Shown: piece by piece, positions 40,979 through 51,996 of the stretch
Position numbering within the stretch: position 1 is the stretch's first letter
How the letters are laid out: every line of letters begins with the position of its first letter
Source: a virus
Lineage: Duplodnaviria > Caudoviricetes
Length of the DNA: 64,000 nt
Direction: 5' to 3' (one strand)
IMG/VR virus record: IMGVR_UViG_3300013121_000027
Span: 167,460-231,459 of that record
Notes under the pieces: model-generated
Seen by the model: only the letters and a program-made list of their open reading frames with translations
Told to the model about the DNA's origin: nothing
Database searches by the model: none
Position numbers and translations under genes: made by a program

Positions 40979-42514
40979 TTAATTCGGAAGTTTCGTCACT
41001 TCAAATTCATAACTAACTATATTGGTTGTGTCTACGTTAAATGAAACTTTGCTTGATATTTTCGTTATACCTGGCGGTATAATACTTGCTACCTGAGAAA
41101 TTAACATTAAATCGGTTGGAACGCTTGTTGAAGGCGTGTTATTATCAACTTCATTATCTGTAATAGAATTTTCAGCTAAACTATCTCTACTGATTTTAGA
41201 TGAGCCATCGCTACCCGTATGTGCATGTTTTGACGGAATAATTCCACCAATTCGCACATCCTCACTCATTTCTATATCACCTGTAATTATACTATCTATT
41301 CCACCACTTCTCAATAGATATTGGGGATGAGCCAATATGTCTTCAGTATCAGTTAATTCTGAGTGGGATGGATTAAAATTATCGGTAAAATTAACTGTTC
41401 TATTATAATTAGAATTAACTTCATCCAAACTAATAGTTTTTATCGCTTCAGGATGGTCAATATGGGAAGTATTGGTAAACTGATCCGGCATCATTTTACC
41501 TTTTGCGGACAAATCTTTCAAATGAGACCAATAAGTATCTCTTTGAGCTATGTTTACCAATATCTCGGTTAAACTATTACTAAAAAGATGATTTCTTCTT
41601 ATCTGATCAGCTAATATGCCCGAGAAGTTAGAATTTAGTCCAGTCATTGTACCGATAATTTCATTACTGATCGTCGGCATGTTTTTTATATTCGCCTGAT
41701 CAAATATATTTCTTCCTACCTTAAGTTGGAATTTTAGAGCAGGACCGAGATGTTTATCGTAAAATATATCACTTGGATCTTCCCAATTTTTAATAAGCTG
41801 ACCTAATAAATCACGGATATTTTGATTTATCTTATTGAGCTTGACTTGAAGAAGAGCTTGGAGTTGAACGGCTGTTTCTTGAGTGAGTTGATCCAACTCA
41901 GATTGCGGCAATCGAGTTGTGATCTGCCCTTTGAGCGCCTGCCAAAATTTCTCGATAAAAGCTGTGGCGTCCTCTGTCCAGTCTTGGAGTAATTCAACTG
42001 TTCTCTGTTCTGATGAATCATCTACTTCTCCAACATATCCATCTATGAATCCCCTTATTCTATTAATTTCATTATTGATATAGGAAGCTATATTGCTTAT
42101 GTCTAATGCATTGTTGCCATTCGGACCTCTTAGGGCGTTTTCGTATTGAGTTAATATATATTGCGATGCATTAGATGTATTATTCGCTTGTAAGTATTTA
42201 TATTCTTCAAAGCTAATTATTGAAGGTGGAGTATCAGACGGATAAACTAATTTATGCGCATTTGATAAATCAGAAAGATCACTATCAATGATAAGTCCAA
42301 AATCTTGTAATTGATTTTGAGCTTCTCCGTAGATAGTACCCACTTTTGCTGCCAGCTTATCTAATAGTCCTAAAAGATAATGGATGTCGGAATATCCATT
42401 ACCAACTCCAGCTGTATTTACTGGCTTTTGAGTTCGCACACCCATAGATTCACCTATTGGAGGCAAGTACTCTGTTTGTGGACCTTGATATTCTATTGGT
42501 TTAAGTCTTGCCAT
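40979..42514 (-). CDS. Hypothetical virion protein
   Basis: Helical N-half; HPQYL and HAHTG.DG motifs. Confidence 0.45.
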   Translation of the reverse strand: MARLKPIEYQGPQTEYLPPIGESMGVRTQKPVNTAGVGNGYSDIHYLLGLLDKLAAKVGTIYGEAQNQLQDFGLIIDSDLSDLSNAHKLVYPSDTPPSIISFEEYKYLQANNTSNASQYILTQYENALRGPNGNNALDISNIASYINNEINRIRGFIDGYVGEVDDSSEQRTVELLQDWTEDATAFIEKFWQALKGQITTRLPQSELDQLTQETAVQLQALLQVKLNKINQNIRDLLGQLIKNWEDPSDIFYDKHLGPALKFQLKVGRNIFDQANIKNMPTISNEIIGTMTGLNSNFSGILADQIRRNHLFSNSLTEILVNIAQRDTYWSHLKDLSAKGKMMPDQFTNTSHIDHPEAIKTISLDEVNSNYNRTVNFTDNFNPSHSELTDTEDILAHPQYLLRSGGIDSIITGDIEMSEDVRIGGIIPSKHAHTGSDGSSKISRDSLAENSITDNEVDNNTPSTSVPTDLMLISQVASIIPPGITKISSKVSFNVDTTNIVSYEFEVTKLPN

Positions 42515-42516
42515 AG

Positions 42517-44427
42517 CTAAAACATCTTTCTTCTAACAGATGAACTAACAGAACGTCCACGTACATTATACGCCATTGGTCTTTTAAGATGTACGGGACC
42601 TTTATCTTTGCCCCATTTATCTTCCGCTATTTCTTTTTCTTGTTCTGTAACAAGATCAAATGTCGGCATAAAGAAATCAGAAGAAATGGATTTCGATACG
42701 TTTTCAAACTTCATGTTAAGTAGTTCGTCGTAATTATCCGCTATAGCGAAACACGCAAGCAAAAGAGCATCATGAGCATGATCGGTTGTGTTTCCTCCAG
42801 CTGCGAAAATTGGATCTCCGGTGGTTGCGGATGTTCTCAATACTACATAAGATAAAAGTGCAGTGTTTAATTCTTCATCTTCTGCAGGAAATATAATTCT
42901 TTGCTCTTCAAGCATTCTGTATAGGTTATCTACCATAAATACTTTGAGTCGCTTTTTAATTATCTCTTTAGTATAAGGATCGCGAATTTCAGTCGTTTCC
43001 GCAAACTGCTTACCTTGAACAATTCTATGTAGATTACTCTGTGGATTTTCTATTCCGTATTTGTGTAGCATTTCTACTTGTGTATCCCCAGAACCTTTAT
43101 CTACGTAAATATGTTTTGGTTTAAAAGTACGGTTTAACTCAATAATTCTATCGACTGCAGCTGTATATGTAAATTCGCCTTTACTTACTTCTTCTCTATG
43201 AATTAGTCTAATTTTTCCAGCATATTCAGCAACTGGATAATCATCGCGACATATTTCAAGTACGATAATGTTAACGCCAGCTCCGTACTTATCCCAGTCT
43301 ACCCCAAAAACAAAATAAGCTTTATCCGAGTTTACTTGTGCCCTATATGTCCATCCTGGATCAATAAAAGCTATTTTTACGAATCTATGAGGATAAACGC
43401 CTTCTACATCTTCGCCCCAGTCGGCTTCGATTTCGTGACGATATGATTGTTCGTTAGGATAGAATTTATGCATCTCATCTTCGGTTTTTTGATCCCAAAG
43501 TGGATTTGCGTAACTGGGTAACCAATAAGCGCTGAAATTCTCATCCCGATTAACATTCCATTCCCAAAACTTATTTCTTTGTCCTGTCGGTGTAGATGCT
43601 GCCCAAACCATTTTATCCGCTGTCTTGTTTTCATTGGTCTTCTGCATCATGGCGAGAAGTGCAACTAAGTCTTCTTTACCCATATAGTCCATCTCGTCAA
43701 GAATAAGAACATCTGCATCCTGACCACGAGCTACGTCTGCGCGACCATTAGATTTCATACCGGTAGTAAAGAATTTAATAGTTGATCCATTATCAAAATC
43801 TATTTGATACTGTGGAGACATGACATGTCTAACTATTGCACAGCCTTTTTCTTCTTTATTTAAGATAAGATCATTTTGTTTAGCTAATGCCATTATTTCA
43901 TCAAAAATTAGACCGACGTGAGTTTTCATAGGCGCAACAATAACAATTCTGGCATTATTATGAGTATAAGAATACCAAAGAGAGAAATAAGCCATGGTAC
44001 GACTTTTTCCGAGTCTTCGACCAAACCTCATGATCTTTTTGTCATTCTGATCCCTGAGAAGAAGGGTCTGATAAGCTCTTGGCTTTTCCGATAAGAAATG
44101 TTTCGCCCAAAGAACCGGATCAGAAGCTACATGTATATGCCTTTGTTGTTCCTCATTAAAACCAGCCTGTGCTAAAGACTTATCGAACATAAAGGGTGGA
44201 TCTATTAAGGCAATTAACTCATCTTTAGTGAATTCTTTGCCATTTACTGGATCACCATTATCCCAAGTTAAATGTCTCAATTTGTATTTAAAAACATATT
44301 CTATTCTTTCAATATGCTTGATATATTGCGGATCTTGTTCTTTAATAATAGCAAAAAGCTCTTCTCTTGAAAGCTCTTTTAACTTCTCTTTAAAAAGCTT
44401 TACGTTTTCTGTTTCTATATAAGACAT
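42517..44427 (-). CDS. terL: Terminase large subunit
   Basis: GRRLGKS Walker A, LILDE Walker B, STPTG, and GVDW / DHAHDA nuclease motifs. Confidence 0.92.
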   Translation of the reverse strand: MSYIETENVKLFKEKLKELSREELFAIIKEQDPQYIKHIERIEYVFKYKLRHLTWDNGDPVNGKEFTKDELIALIDPPFMFDKSLAQAGFNEEQQRHIHVASDPVLWAKHFLSEKPRAYQTLLLRDQNDKKIMRFGRRLGKSRTMAYFSLWYSYTHNNARIVIVAPMKTHVGLIFDEIMALAKQNDLILNKEEKGCAIVRHVMSPQYQIDFDNGSTIKFFTTGMKSNGRADVARGQDADVLILDEMDYMGKEDLVALLAMMQKTNENKTADKMVWAASTPTGQRNKFWEWNVNRDENFSAYWLPSYANPLWDQKTEDEMHKFYPNEQSYRHEIEADWGEDVEGVYPHRFVKIAFIDPGWTYRAQVNSDKAYFVFGVDWDKYGAGVNIIVLEICRDDYPVAEYAGKIRLIHREEVSKGEFTYTAAVDRIIELNRTFKPKHIYVDKGSGDTQVEMLHKYGIENPQSNLHRIVQGKQFAETTEIRDPYTKEIIKKRLKVFMVDNLYRMLEEQRIIFPAEDEELNTALLSYVVLRTSATTGDPIFAAGGNTTDHAHDALLLACFAIADNYDELLNMKFENVSKSISSDFFMPTFDLVTEQEKEIAEDKWGKDKGPVHLKRPMAYNVRGRSVSSSVRRKMF

Positions 44428-44440
44428 AATAAAATTCCGA

Positions 44441-45634
44441 TCACCCGTATCTTGCGTGGATCATGCTTGCTTCGCTACCTAAGATACTTCTTGCGTTCAA
44501 TTGACTATTTTGGATTGCCATTACGCCTCTTTGTCTTGAAGATGCCGCTACGGCATTATCTTTAAATCCCGCACCCATCAAAGGCTTATTAAGTGGGGCT
44601 ACTACCGATTTTCCAGCATCCATAGTAAGCTTACCAACTGCCCCTGCCATTTTTCCAACACCAAGAGCAACATCATGGGCTATTGTGATATATGAAGCGA
44701 CATTTAAACCTTTTAGCGCTGTGCCTGTGAATGGGGCAATTTTTGCTAAAAATTTACCCTCCTCCGCAGCTTTTAACCCTATTCTAACACCTTGTCCAAA
44801 AAATCCATCTCCAGCTTCTTTACCTGCAGCCCATATAATTCTATTACCAGCAGATCTAAAATCTCGTAAAGCTTCTTTACCAGCGTAGGAAGTTGCTTTT
44901 TTGTATGCACTTGCACCATGTACATATCCAGCAAATCTTCCAGAAACAGATCCGGTTATAGTAGATCCAACTCGCGATGCCGCCCCCCATTTACCGACAT
45001 CACTCGCGACATATTCAAAAACTTTTGCTATACCTTTAGTATTACTAATATCGGCAACAGATCCCAATATATTCGGAAGAGCTTTAGCAAATTTTTTATT
45101 CGACATCTTGGTTATGTCACGCATTGTCATAACTCGACCAAATGTACCTGGTGAAAATGGAACGGTGCCAGCTTCATTACCCATTGATCCAGGTATCTTA
45201 TTTAGAAGAGCATTAGCTTTGCTTCCTATCAACGGAATATTAATTGGGGTATCTCTTTTTTTAAAAAGAAGATTTCCACTGTGCGCTAAGAAGTTGAATG
45301 GCGAATATATTTTACTACCTTCACCATAGGCTGTTGGATCTATGTTTGCTGCACGACTCAATCGTCTAAGATGTCTTGGTCCAAAAGTTTGTCTTGTTCC
45401 TTGTCTAATAAATCCGCCTTCACCAGATAGCGGAATTCTGCTCCATTTCCCTCCCGCAGTTTTATGCGGTAAACGAGTCTTGATAGGACCATGGGTTATA
45501 GTTCTGGAAGTACGACCTAAGTTCCATCCGATAGTAGCCCAAAGAGGGGGAACGCTCTCCATAGCGTCCAACATGAACGGAGTATAGACTTGAGGCATGG
45601 ATGGATCTACATACATATCAGACATATTTATCAT
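44441..45634 (-). CDS. Basic Gly/Ala-rich protein, candidate internal/ejected virion protein
   Basis: Composition resembles the tape-measure-like protein. Confidence 0.4.
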   Translation of the reverse strand: MINMSDMYVDPSMPQVYTPFMLDAMESVPPLWATIGWNLGRTSRTITHGPIKTRLPHKTAGGKWSRIPLSGEGGFIRQGTRQTFGPRHLRRLSRAANIDPTAYGEGSKIYSPFNFLAHSGNLLFKKRDTPINIPLIGSKANALLNKIPGSMGNEAGTVPFSPGTFGRVMTMRDITKMSNKKFAKALPNILGSVADISNTKGIAKVFEYVASDVGKWGAASRVGSTITGSVSGRFAGYVHGASAYKKATSYAGKEALRDFRSAGNRIIWAAGKEAGDGFFGQGVRIGLKAAEEGKFLAKIAPFTGTALKGLNVASYITIAHDVALGVGKMAGAVGKLTMDAGKSVVAPLNKPLMGAGFKDNAVAASSRQRGVMAIQNSQLNARSILGSEASMIHARYG

Positions 45635-46032
45635 CCATTCCTTGCATTATACATTCCAAATATTAGAGACCCATCAGCTTGAGGGGGTTGATTATTGGTA
45701 TAGGCTTGTTGAGCAAATTGCTTGTCTGCATTTGCAAAAGCAGCGCCTATGTTTTTTCTATTTACTAGCCCAGTTGGAAGCGTTGCTAAAAGTCTTGGAA
45801 GTCCTGATCGAAATCCTGGAACTTCACCTCTTGCTATGTTAAAGGGTGAAATTGGTATAACAAGATCTAACGGATTAACGCTCGCACCTAAAACCTGCTG
45901 ATCTAAATCTGGAACGCCAGATATAAATTCATAGAATGAACTTTTTACACCAGATTGCCCAAAACCTTTATTAAAACCATGAACTACTGCGCCTAACCCA
46001 ATTAAACCTGCTACTGATTTTCCAGCTATCAT
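45631..46032 (-). CDS. Hypothetical protein with hydrophobic N-terminus
   Basis: Coupled ORF. Confidence 0.5.
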   Translation of the reverse strand: MIAGKSVAGLIGLGAVVHGFNKGFGQSGVKSSFYEFISGVPDLDQQVLGASVNPLDLVIPISPFNIARGEVPGFRSGLPRLLATLPTGLVNRKNIGAAFANADKQFAQQAYTNNQPPQADGSLIFGMYNARNG

Positions 46033-48995
46033 ATGAATCCTCCATATAGGGATGCATTTTTATCCTTCGACATATTAGTATGCCCGATTTTATTAGAGTC
46101 TAAGTTATCCACGACAAATGCGGTATCTAATGGGTTATACCCTTGGCGAGATAGATCTATGCCCATTAATTTCTTTTGTTCAAGTAAAAAAGCTACATTC
46201 CGTTTACGATCTAATTCCAATGGTTGTTGCTCGAAAACTTCTCTATACGGTTCATTTTCCTGATACTTATTCCATTCGTGCACGCCAAAAGCTACCGCCA
46301 ATGCGCCGACGACAATTGAGGCTGAATGTGGTCTTATTTTTTCATATACTCTATAAGCCTTTTCGACTCTGGCAATACCTTTTTCTGTACCTACCCAAGC
46401 AGCCATTTTTGCAGCAGCAATCGCGCGAGGATTTTCAAACCTTAAGTCCAAAAACGCATTAAGGATTTCTCCAACTTGTTTAGTGCTTCTTTGGACTGCT
46501 CGGACATCTCTATTGGTTAATCCGCGATCAAATACTGCACCGCCGACTCTTACCACATTATCACCCTCTCTACTGGGTAAAGTAGATAGAAATGGCAATC
46601 TAAAAGGTAATCTTTCAGTATCTCTTAATTCACCGCCATTAACCCTTTCTAAAAGTCCAATAACTTCTTCTGCCTTATCTCCATATACTTGACCTACAGA
46701 AACGCCCCTTTCAAGTCCATTAGCTCTTAAATCCGCGATAATACCATCTGTTACTCCCTCTTTAAAAGGCTTTATTGCATCGCTTACAAATCCAAGTTCA
46801 TCATCACTTAGTTGTTTACCAGCTAATATTTGCGATTCATCAAAAGCCAATGGCACTCCAAGATGCCTTGCTAAGACGGTATCTTCTTCTCCTCTTAATC
46901 GAGTTAAATAATCCGCAAAGTCGTCTACTTCAGATTGACTACCGAACCTATGAACTAAGTTAACACCGCGTTGGGGCGATTTTGAAGTTGCTTGAACAAT
47001 GCTCAAGTCCAATAAAGATCCTTGTTTTATTCGACCATTAAGAAGAGCTATCGGAAATGATTGTCTACCACTGGCTGTAACGTAAGCTACATTTTTGGGC
47101 TTAAATGCTTCAAAAGATGAAACCATTAGATCTGAGACTAAAGACTGTATACTGGCTCGGGCTGGATCTATACTCGCAGTTATGTGGGATAATGCAGTAC
47201 CAAAATTTCTCTCTTCAAAAGACAATCCAGCAAATGGGATTTTAGAACCGGCTAATCCTTTCTGGAATCTGGCAAAGTCAGCCGGACTCATTTCAGAATT
47301 AACCGCTCCTGTTTTAATCCCTGTATCGAAAGTATCCCTAGATCTAAAGAGATATGCCTCAGCGTCTACAGATTTTGGTAATTGTACAACATGAGTGCCT
47401 AATCTTCTTTGTTCAAAAATCTGTTGTTCAATTGGGTTAATCTTAAAATCAAGCCCATCTATATTACCATTTCTGATTAAATCAAAAGCTTGTTTTACCT
47501 TAACTGGATTACTGCCTAAATCATCAGAAGATAAGATTGCATGGAGTTGCCTTGCCTTATCTGATGCATTTCTTCCGATTGGTACATGAATACCTCCTGG
47601 CACATTCGCTATAAGATGTTTAAGAGCGATATCAGAAACTTGCTCTTGCATCCTCGCATTGGTAAATGGTGTCATTGCAGCCGACCTGAGAATAGCTTGT
47701 CTTGCTCCAACATGCTTCAATTCTCTTATTCGCAATGAACTCATATGTCTGAGAAGTCCGCGAGTGACTTCATCATCCACTGATGCGCCGTGCAGACCTT
47801 CTCTTGCTAATAAATCGTAAAACCCACCGCCCATATCTTTATTTAAACGCGCACCGAGATCAGTCTGAAGTAAAAGATTTTCAATAGAGTAAACGGTACC
47901 TTGACCTCTTTGCAGGAGCGCTCTATCTGTTTTCAATCCAACAAGATTTTCCGATCTTTGAGCTAAAGTAAGAGTATCTACTATCTTAGAATCAATGTCT
48001 TTAAAGGCTGTATCGACAAGTCTACGAAACCCATTAATATCTGATTGATAAGCCTTAGTTCCAATTAGCTGACTATAAACTTGCGGAATATCAAAAGATG
48101 CTATATTGTGTCCGATAATATAATCAGATTGTGTCATTTCATGAAGAAATGGAGTCATACGTTCGGCAAAATCTGTAGAAATTGGAGTAATTTCACCTAT
48201 TCGGCTCGCGTCAAAAAGAGATGCGGATCCAATTTTTCTCCCTCTCCTGACTCCAAGACTACCTCTTCTAAAAGCTGGAGCATCAAAAAGTAATCGAGTT
48301 GGATTTGGAGCAGCGCCACCAATAATTCCAGCACTATATCCCACTTCTCTTATTTGCCCCTTCATAAGACCAGCGGTCTCAAGGTCAAAAGATAAAAATC
48401 TTTTTCCGTTAATTAAATTTGAAGTCATAGAAAGAGAAGATTCCGGAATAGGGTCTATAACACCAGTTCCAATACCAAAAAATGAAGCTGCAGTCTGCGC
48501 ACCTTCAATAACTCCAGCACGAACGCCCCTAAATCGTTTATCTAATTGCAGGTTCAGACCCGCATAAATTGCGAGTACAGGATTCTCACCGGGAACAAAA
48601 CTTGAAGCAACTTTATAAAGGGGCGCTTCAGCGTCAAATCCCTTTATCTCTCTAAGAGCTTGTTGTATATTATGGACTTGTTCCGCATGGACACCGTAAG
48701 CTTCTCTTACTTGTCTCGGTATCCTTTTTTTTGATTTAACTTTGCCTAACTCGTTTAGAAACTTATCTAAACCAATTATATCTCGATATTCCCCCATCGC
48801 AGCGACACGTCTATCATACGGTAACATATGAAGAGGTACCTGCCCGGTTTTCATATATTCTGCCAATTGAAGATCTGGATTCATAGTTCTTAATTCAGCA
48901 AATATATTACTACGCCAACTTGCTATTCTGCCCATGACGTCTTTACCAGCACTATTTTCAATTAGCTTAGCAGTCACTGCACGTGTTAAAGCCAC
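46029..48995 (-). CDS. 988-aa protein with DEDD 3'-5' exonuclease-like domain
   Basis: SFDLETAG (ExoI), IIGHNIASFD (ExoII), VDTL and HGASVD (ExoIII); hydrophobic helix near the C-terminus. Confidence 0.7.
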   Translation of the reverse strand: MALTRAVTAKLIENSAGKDVMGRIASWRSNIFAELRTMNPDLQLAEYMKTGQVPLHMLPYDRRVAAMGEYRDIIGLDKFLNELGKVKSKKRIPRQVREAYGVHAEQVHNIQQALREIKGFDAEAPLYKVASSFVPGENPVLAIYAGLNLQLDKRFRGVRAGVIEGAQTAASFFGIGTGVIDPIPESSLSMTSNLINGKRFLSFDLETAGLMKGQIREVGYSAGIIGGAAPNPTRLLFDAPAFRRGSLGVRRGRKIGSASLFDASRIGEITPISTDFAERMTPFLHEMTQSDYIIGHNIASFDIPQVYSQLIGTKAYQSDINGFRRLVDTAFKDIDSKIVDTLTLAQRSENLVGLKTDRALLQRGQGTVYSIENLLLQTDLGARLNKDMGGGFYDLLAREGLHGASVDDEVTRGLLRHMSSLRIRELKHVGARQAILRSAAMTPFTNARMQEQVSDIALKHLIANVPGGIHVPIGRNASDKARQLHAILSSDDLGSNPVKVKQAFDLIRNGNIDGLDFKINPIEQQIFEQRRLGTHVVQLPKSVDAEAYLFRSRDTFDTGIKTGAVNSEMSPADFARFQKGLAGSKIPFAGLSFEERNFGTALSHITASIDPARASIQSLVSDLMVSSFEAFKPKNVAYVTASGRQSFPIALLNGRIKQGSLLDLSIVQATSKSPQRGVNLVHRFGSQSEVDDFADYLTRLRGEEDTVLARHLGVPLAFDESQILAGKQLSDDELGFVSDAIKPFKEGVTDGIIADLRANGLERGVSVGQVYGDKAEEVIGLLERVNGGELRDTERLPFRLPFLSTLPSREGDNVVRVGGAVFDRGLTNRDVRAVQRSTKQVGEILNAFLDLRFENPRAIAAAKMAAWVGTEKGIARVEKAYRVYEKIRPHSASIVVGALAVAFGVHEWNKYQENEPYREVFEQQPLELDRKRNVAFLLEQKKLMGIDLSRQGYNPLDTAFVVDNLDSNKIGHTNMSKDKNASLYGGFI

Positions 48996-49000
48996 GATAG

Positions 49001-49723
49001 TTATCTTTCTAAGTCATCTGGCGGGGGATTCTGTATATAGTCGTCTACATCGATAATACCGAGTTGCTTTTTGAGATTATTATCCCTTTCTTGTTGAACT
49101 GCTCTAAATGAATCCATCACATTAGCCAAAGAAGCAGCATTTTGATAATCAACCGCTCTTGCTTTAATCTTCGCTTCTCTTGTAGCGGCAAGTTGCTTTA
49201 AAAGTTGCGCTTTTCTTTTGGCGGTTTTCTCACTTAATTCAAAAGCAAGGTGAAGCTCTTTACGGAAGATAGGTTCACCATCACCACTTATTCCTACAAT
49301 ATTATCTTGGATAAAACTTTCCTTAGATAAATATTTAGCAGCGCGCATGTCTTGAACTTCTAAGTTGACAAGATCTCTAATTTGCGAATATTCAACAATA
49401 TCGTTGATATCAACTTCTAATTTGTCAACATATTCCGACATTAAGACTTTTACCATACCCATTTCATATGGACAAGGGAAATTGAGAGGATGTGCATTAT
49501 CCTGAAATAGTTTACAGTTATCTTTAAAAACACACTTGTCCCCACGACAAATCATTGGTATTGATGTGACCATTCCTGTTTTTACCTTACTTGGAGTCGT
49601 CTCTGCCGCAACGATATCTTTTTTCTTCTGATCCCATCCTTTTGGTAAAAACTCATCGCCAAAAGTATCTTCAAACTGTTGCAAGAATGCAGCTTTAGGA
49701 TCTAATTTCTCTATTTCTTTCAT
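49001..49723 (-). CDS. Hypothetical protein, possible small terminase
   Basis: Cys cluster, helical, L.ATRE motif; upstream of terL. Confidence 0.35.
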   Translation of the reverse strand: MKEIEKLDPKAAFLQQFEDTFGDEFLPKGWDQKKKDIVAAETTPSKVKTGMVTSIPMICRGDKCVFKDNCKLFQDNAHPLNFPCPYEMGMVKVLMSEYVDKLEVDINDIVEYSQIRDLVNLEVQDMRAAKYLSKESFIQDNIVGISGDGEPIFRKELHLAFELSEKTAKRKAQLLKQLAATREAKIKARAVDYQNAASLANVMDSFRAVQQERDNNLKKQLGIIDVDDYIQNPPPDDLER

Positions 49724-49932
49724 TACGTTAGAGACCTTCTAATGCAATCCTCACTACAATAAAATTTGCCTTTATATTCAGAGATCATACCCTTTTTAAA
49801 AGATCTTGAGCAATCGCAAGTGAAAACTGCATCATGAGAGCCTATATATCTAACTTTTTTACCTAATTGAATGATAGCCGTATCGGCAATTTCACGACCA
49901 CCAGTTTTAGCGTTCTTCTTTGGCTTTCCCAT
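49723..49932 (-). CDS. Small Zn-finger protein
   Basis: CDC...YCSEDC. Confidence 0.55.
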   Translation of the reverse strand: MGKPKKNAKTGGREIADTAIIQLGKKVRYIGSHDAVFTCDCSRSFKKGMISEYKGKFYCSEDCIRRSLT

Positions 49933-50364
49933 TTATATCGACCCTTCAATTTTTACAGCTACCTGCATTGCTTTTTCTAATCCTGATTTTAGTTTTGCGG
50001 CAATCTCATCCTGGGCATCTGCACCAAAGGCGTAGGATATTTGCCTTATTTCATCTGCTGTCATAGCCTCAGATAAGATATATCTACTTCCGCCACATAA
50101 TTTACAAAATTCATCATGCGCACATATACAAGGTTGAATAATTTCAAAGAACTCTAATAGCGATGCGATATCAAGCCATTTCTCTTTATAAACAGCTTTG
50201 ATTCTTTCTTTATATGCCCTGAGTTTTGCTGCATCGTTGCAAACCAGAGTTCCAAGATCTAAATTGACTTTCATCATTTCAGAAATGGTTTTAAATAGAT
50301 ATTTGGGAAATTCGAAATTCCCCTGCTTATCTACATACTTTTGCCAATCGGTTGACTTTATCAT
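49933..50364 (-). CDS. Hypothetical protein with CxC...CxxCGG
   Basis: ORF track; Cys motif. Confidence 0.55.
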   Translation of the reverse strand: MIKSTDWQKYVDKQGNFEFPKYLFKTISEMMKVNLDLGTLVCNDAAKLRAYKERIKAVYKEKWLDIASLLEFFEIIQPCICAHDEFCKLCGGSRYILSEAMTADEIRQISYAFGADAQDEIAAKLKSGLEKAMQVAVKIEGSI

Positions 50365-50407
50365 AGTAAATACCTTTCACATTACACATTTAACTTTTAA
50401 ACTTTTA

Positions 50408-50617
50408 TTAAAGACCGGTTCTTTGCCCGTGACGGTGAGAAGCGATTGTGCTTGAAACTACTATTGCACCGCCACCACCCAATACTCTTCTTCTACCTTT
50501 GGCTATTGCTCTTGGGTTTATAATGCCAAGTCTTCCACGCCCACCACCCATTTTACCAAAAAACTCAAGAGCGCTATCATTTTTTAACGCTCTGCTTATA
50601 GTCTTCATACCAAACAT
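50408..50617 (-). CDS. Small basic Gly/Arg-rich protein
   Basis: GAGGT RBS; TACTATA motif at 50662-50668. Confidence 0.5.
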   Translation of the reverse strand: MFGMKTISRALKNDSALEFFGKMGGGRGRLGIINPRAIAKGRRRVLGGGGAIVVSSTIASHRHGQRTGL

Positions 50618-51996
50618 TAGTAACTTACCTCAAATCGTTGTTCCTGAACAGTTATATTAAATATAGTACCTTTAGCTGGCTTACTCTTCAAAAGAATTTC
50701 TGCAAGGGGATTTTCTATCTCTTCACGACGAATCCTCGCCATGCCCCTGGCTCCCTCTATAGAGACACCAGATTTCTCGGAAAGCAGATTTACGACTTCA
50801 TCATCCCATCTTATATCTAAATTGCTTTTAATGAGTTTATTAGAAAGACTATTTAATTCCAAAACTGCAATTTTATTGTAGTCATAGGACATAAGATTAT
50901 TAAAGATGACTATTTCATCTAGTCTATTCAAGAATTCTGGTTTAAAGAATTTTCTAATAGCCTCATTTGTTTGTCTTTCAACCATTGCCCTCTTGGGAGC
51001 TTCCTTGGATTTAAAGCCATCACTTAGACTTGCAGTAAATCCTGATGATTTGCCAAATGTAGCTTCTGATATTTTGTCATTGCCAAGATTAGAAGTGATA
51101 ATAATTATTACATCTCTAAAAGAAACATTATTTCCGCGTCCATCTGTTATGTAGCCATCATCAAATACTTTTAGGAATGTGTTCCAAAAATCAGGATGCG
51201 CCTTTTCTGCCTCATCTAATAATAGCACAGTGCTTGGATTCTTCATAATAGAACGAGTGAGTTGCCCACCATCCTCATATCCAACAAAGCCATTTGGAGA
51301 ACCAATCAATTTTTGGTTCTCATGTTTATGTTGATACTCGCCACAATCAATACGAACCAATTCCTGATCCCCATACAAATACTTTTGTAGTTCTTTAGCA
51401 ACTAAAGTCTTTCCAACTCCAGAAGGTCCTGTAAAGAGAAAAACGCCTAATGGTCTATCTGGGTCATTAAGCTTCACATAAGCCCTCTTGAGAGCATTGG
51501 AGAGCCTTCTTATGGCTTCTGGCTGTCCTATTACCCTACTATTAAGATAATCCTCTAATTGGAGGAATTTATCACTCAAATTCGTATTAGCATTCTTCTT
51601 TTTACTTGCTCTTGGTTTAGGTTGAGTAAAAGTCTCTTCTTGCTGGTCAGCAGACGGATGAGGTTCTAATTCCTTCTTCTCTTCAGTTTTTTGAAAAACG
51701 TTATAAGATTGTGTTAATCCCATCCATGCATCTAAATCTAAAATAGGATTAAGCATGATGCAGCCGTTATAAAGAGATGTCAAAACCTCATCTGCTACCT
51801 GAGGAGATAATTTCTGCATGACAGCTTTTACTTCTGTCTTCAGATTAAAAATGCATTGATCTAAAGTTAAAAGGATATATTCCATTTTAGGAACATCAGA
51901 ATAGTTATCTACAAAAGCTTGGGCTTCTTGAACGGACAAGGCTCTAAACTTGGTAGACATTTCTAATGTGGGATAGTAGATCTCATATATCTTCAT
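50617..51996 (-). CDS. ClpA/ClpB-like AAA+ ATPase (second NBD only)
   Basis: RVIGQ, GPSGVGKT, LIGSP.G.VGYE.GG.LT, LLDEAEKAHP, FKPEFLNRLD and GAR. Confidence 0.9.
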   Translation of the reverse strand: MKIYEIYYPTLEMSTKFRALSVQEAQAFVDNYSDVPKMEYILLTLDQCIFNLKTEVKAVMQKLSPQVADEVLTSLYNGCIMLNPILDLDAWMGLTQSYNVFQKTEEKKELEPHPSADQQEETFTQPKPRASKKKNANTNLSDKFLQLEDYLNSRVIGQPEAIRRLSNALKRAYVKLNDPDRPLGVFLFTGPSGVGKTLVAKELQKYLYGDQELVRIDCGEYQHKHENQKLIGSPNGFVGYEDGGQLTRSIMKNPSTVLLLDEAEKAHPDFWNTFLKVFDDGYITDGRGNNVSFRDVIIIITSNLGNDKISEATFGKSSGFTASLSDGFKSKEAPKRAMVERQTNEAIRKFFKPEFLNRLDEIVIFNNLMSYDYNKIAVLELNSLSNKLIKSNLDIRWDDEVVNLLSEKSGVSIEGARGMARIRREEIENPLAEILLKSKPAKGTIFNITVQEQRFEVSY

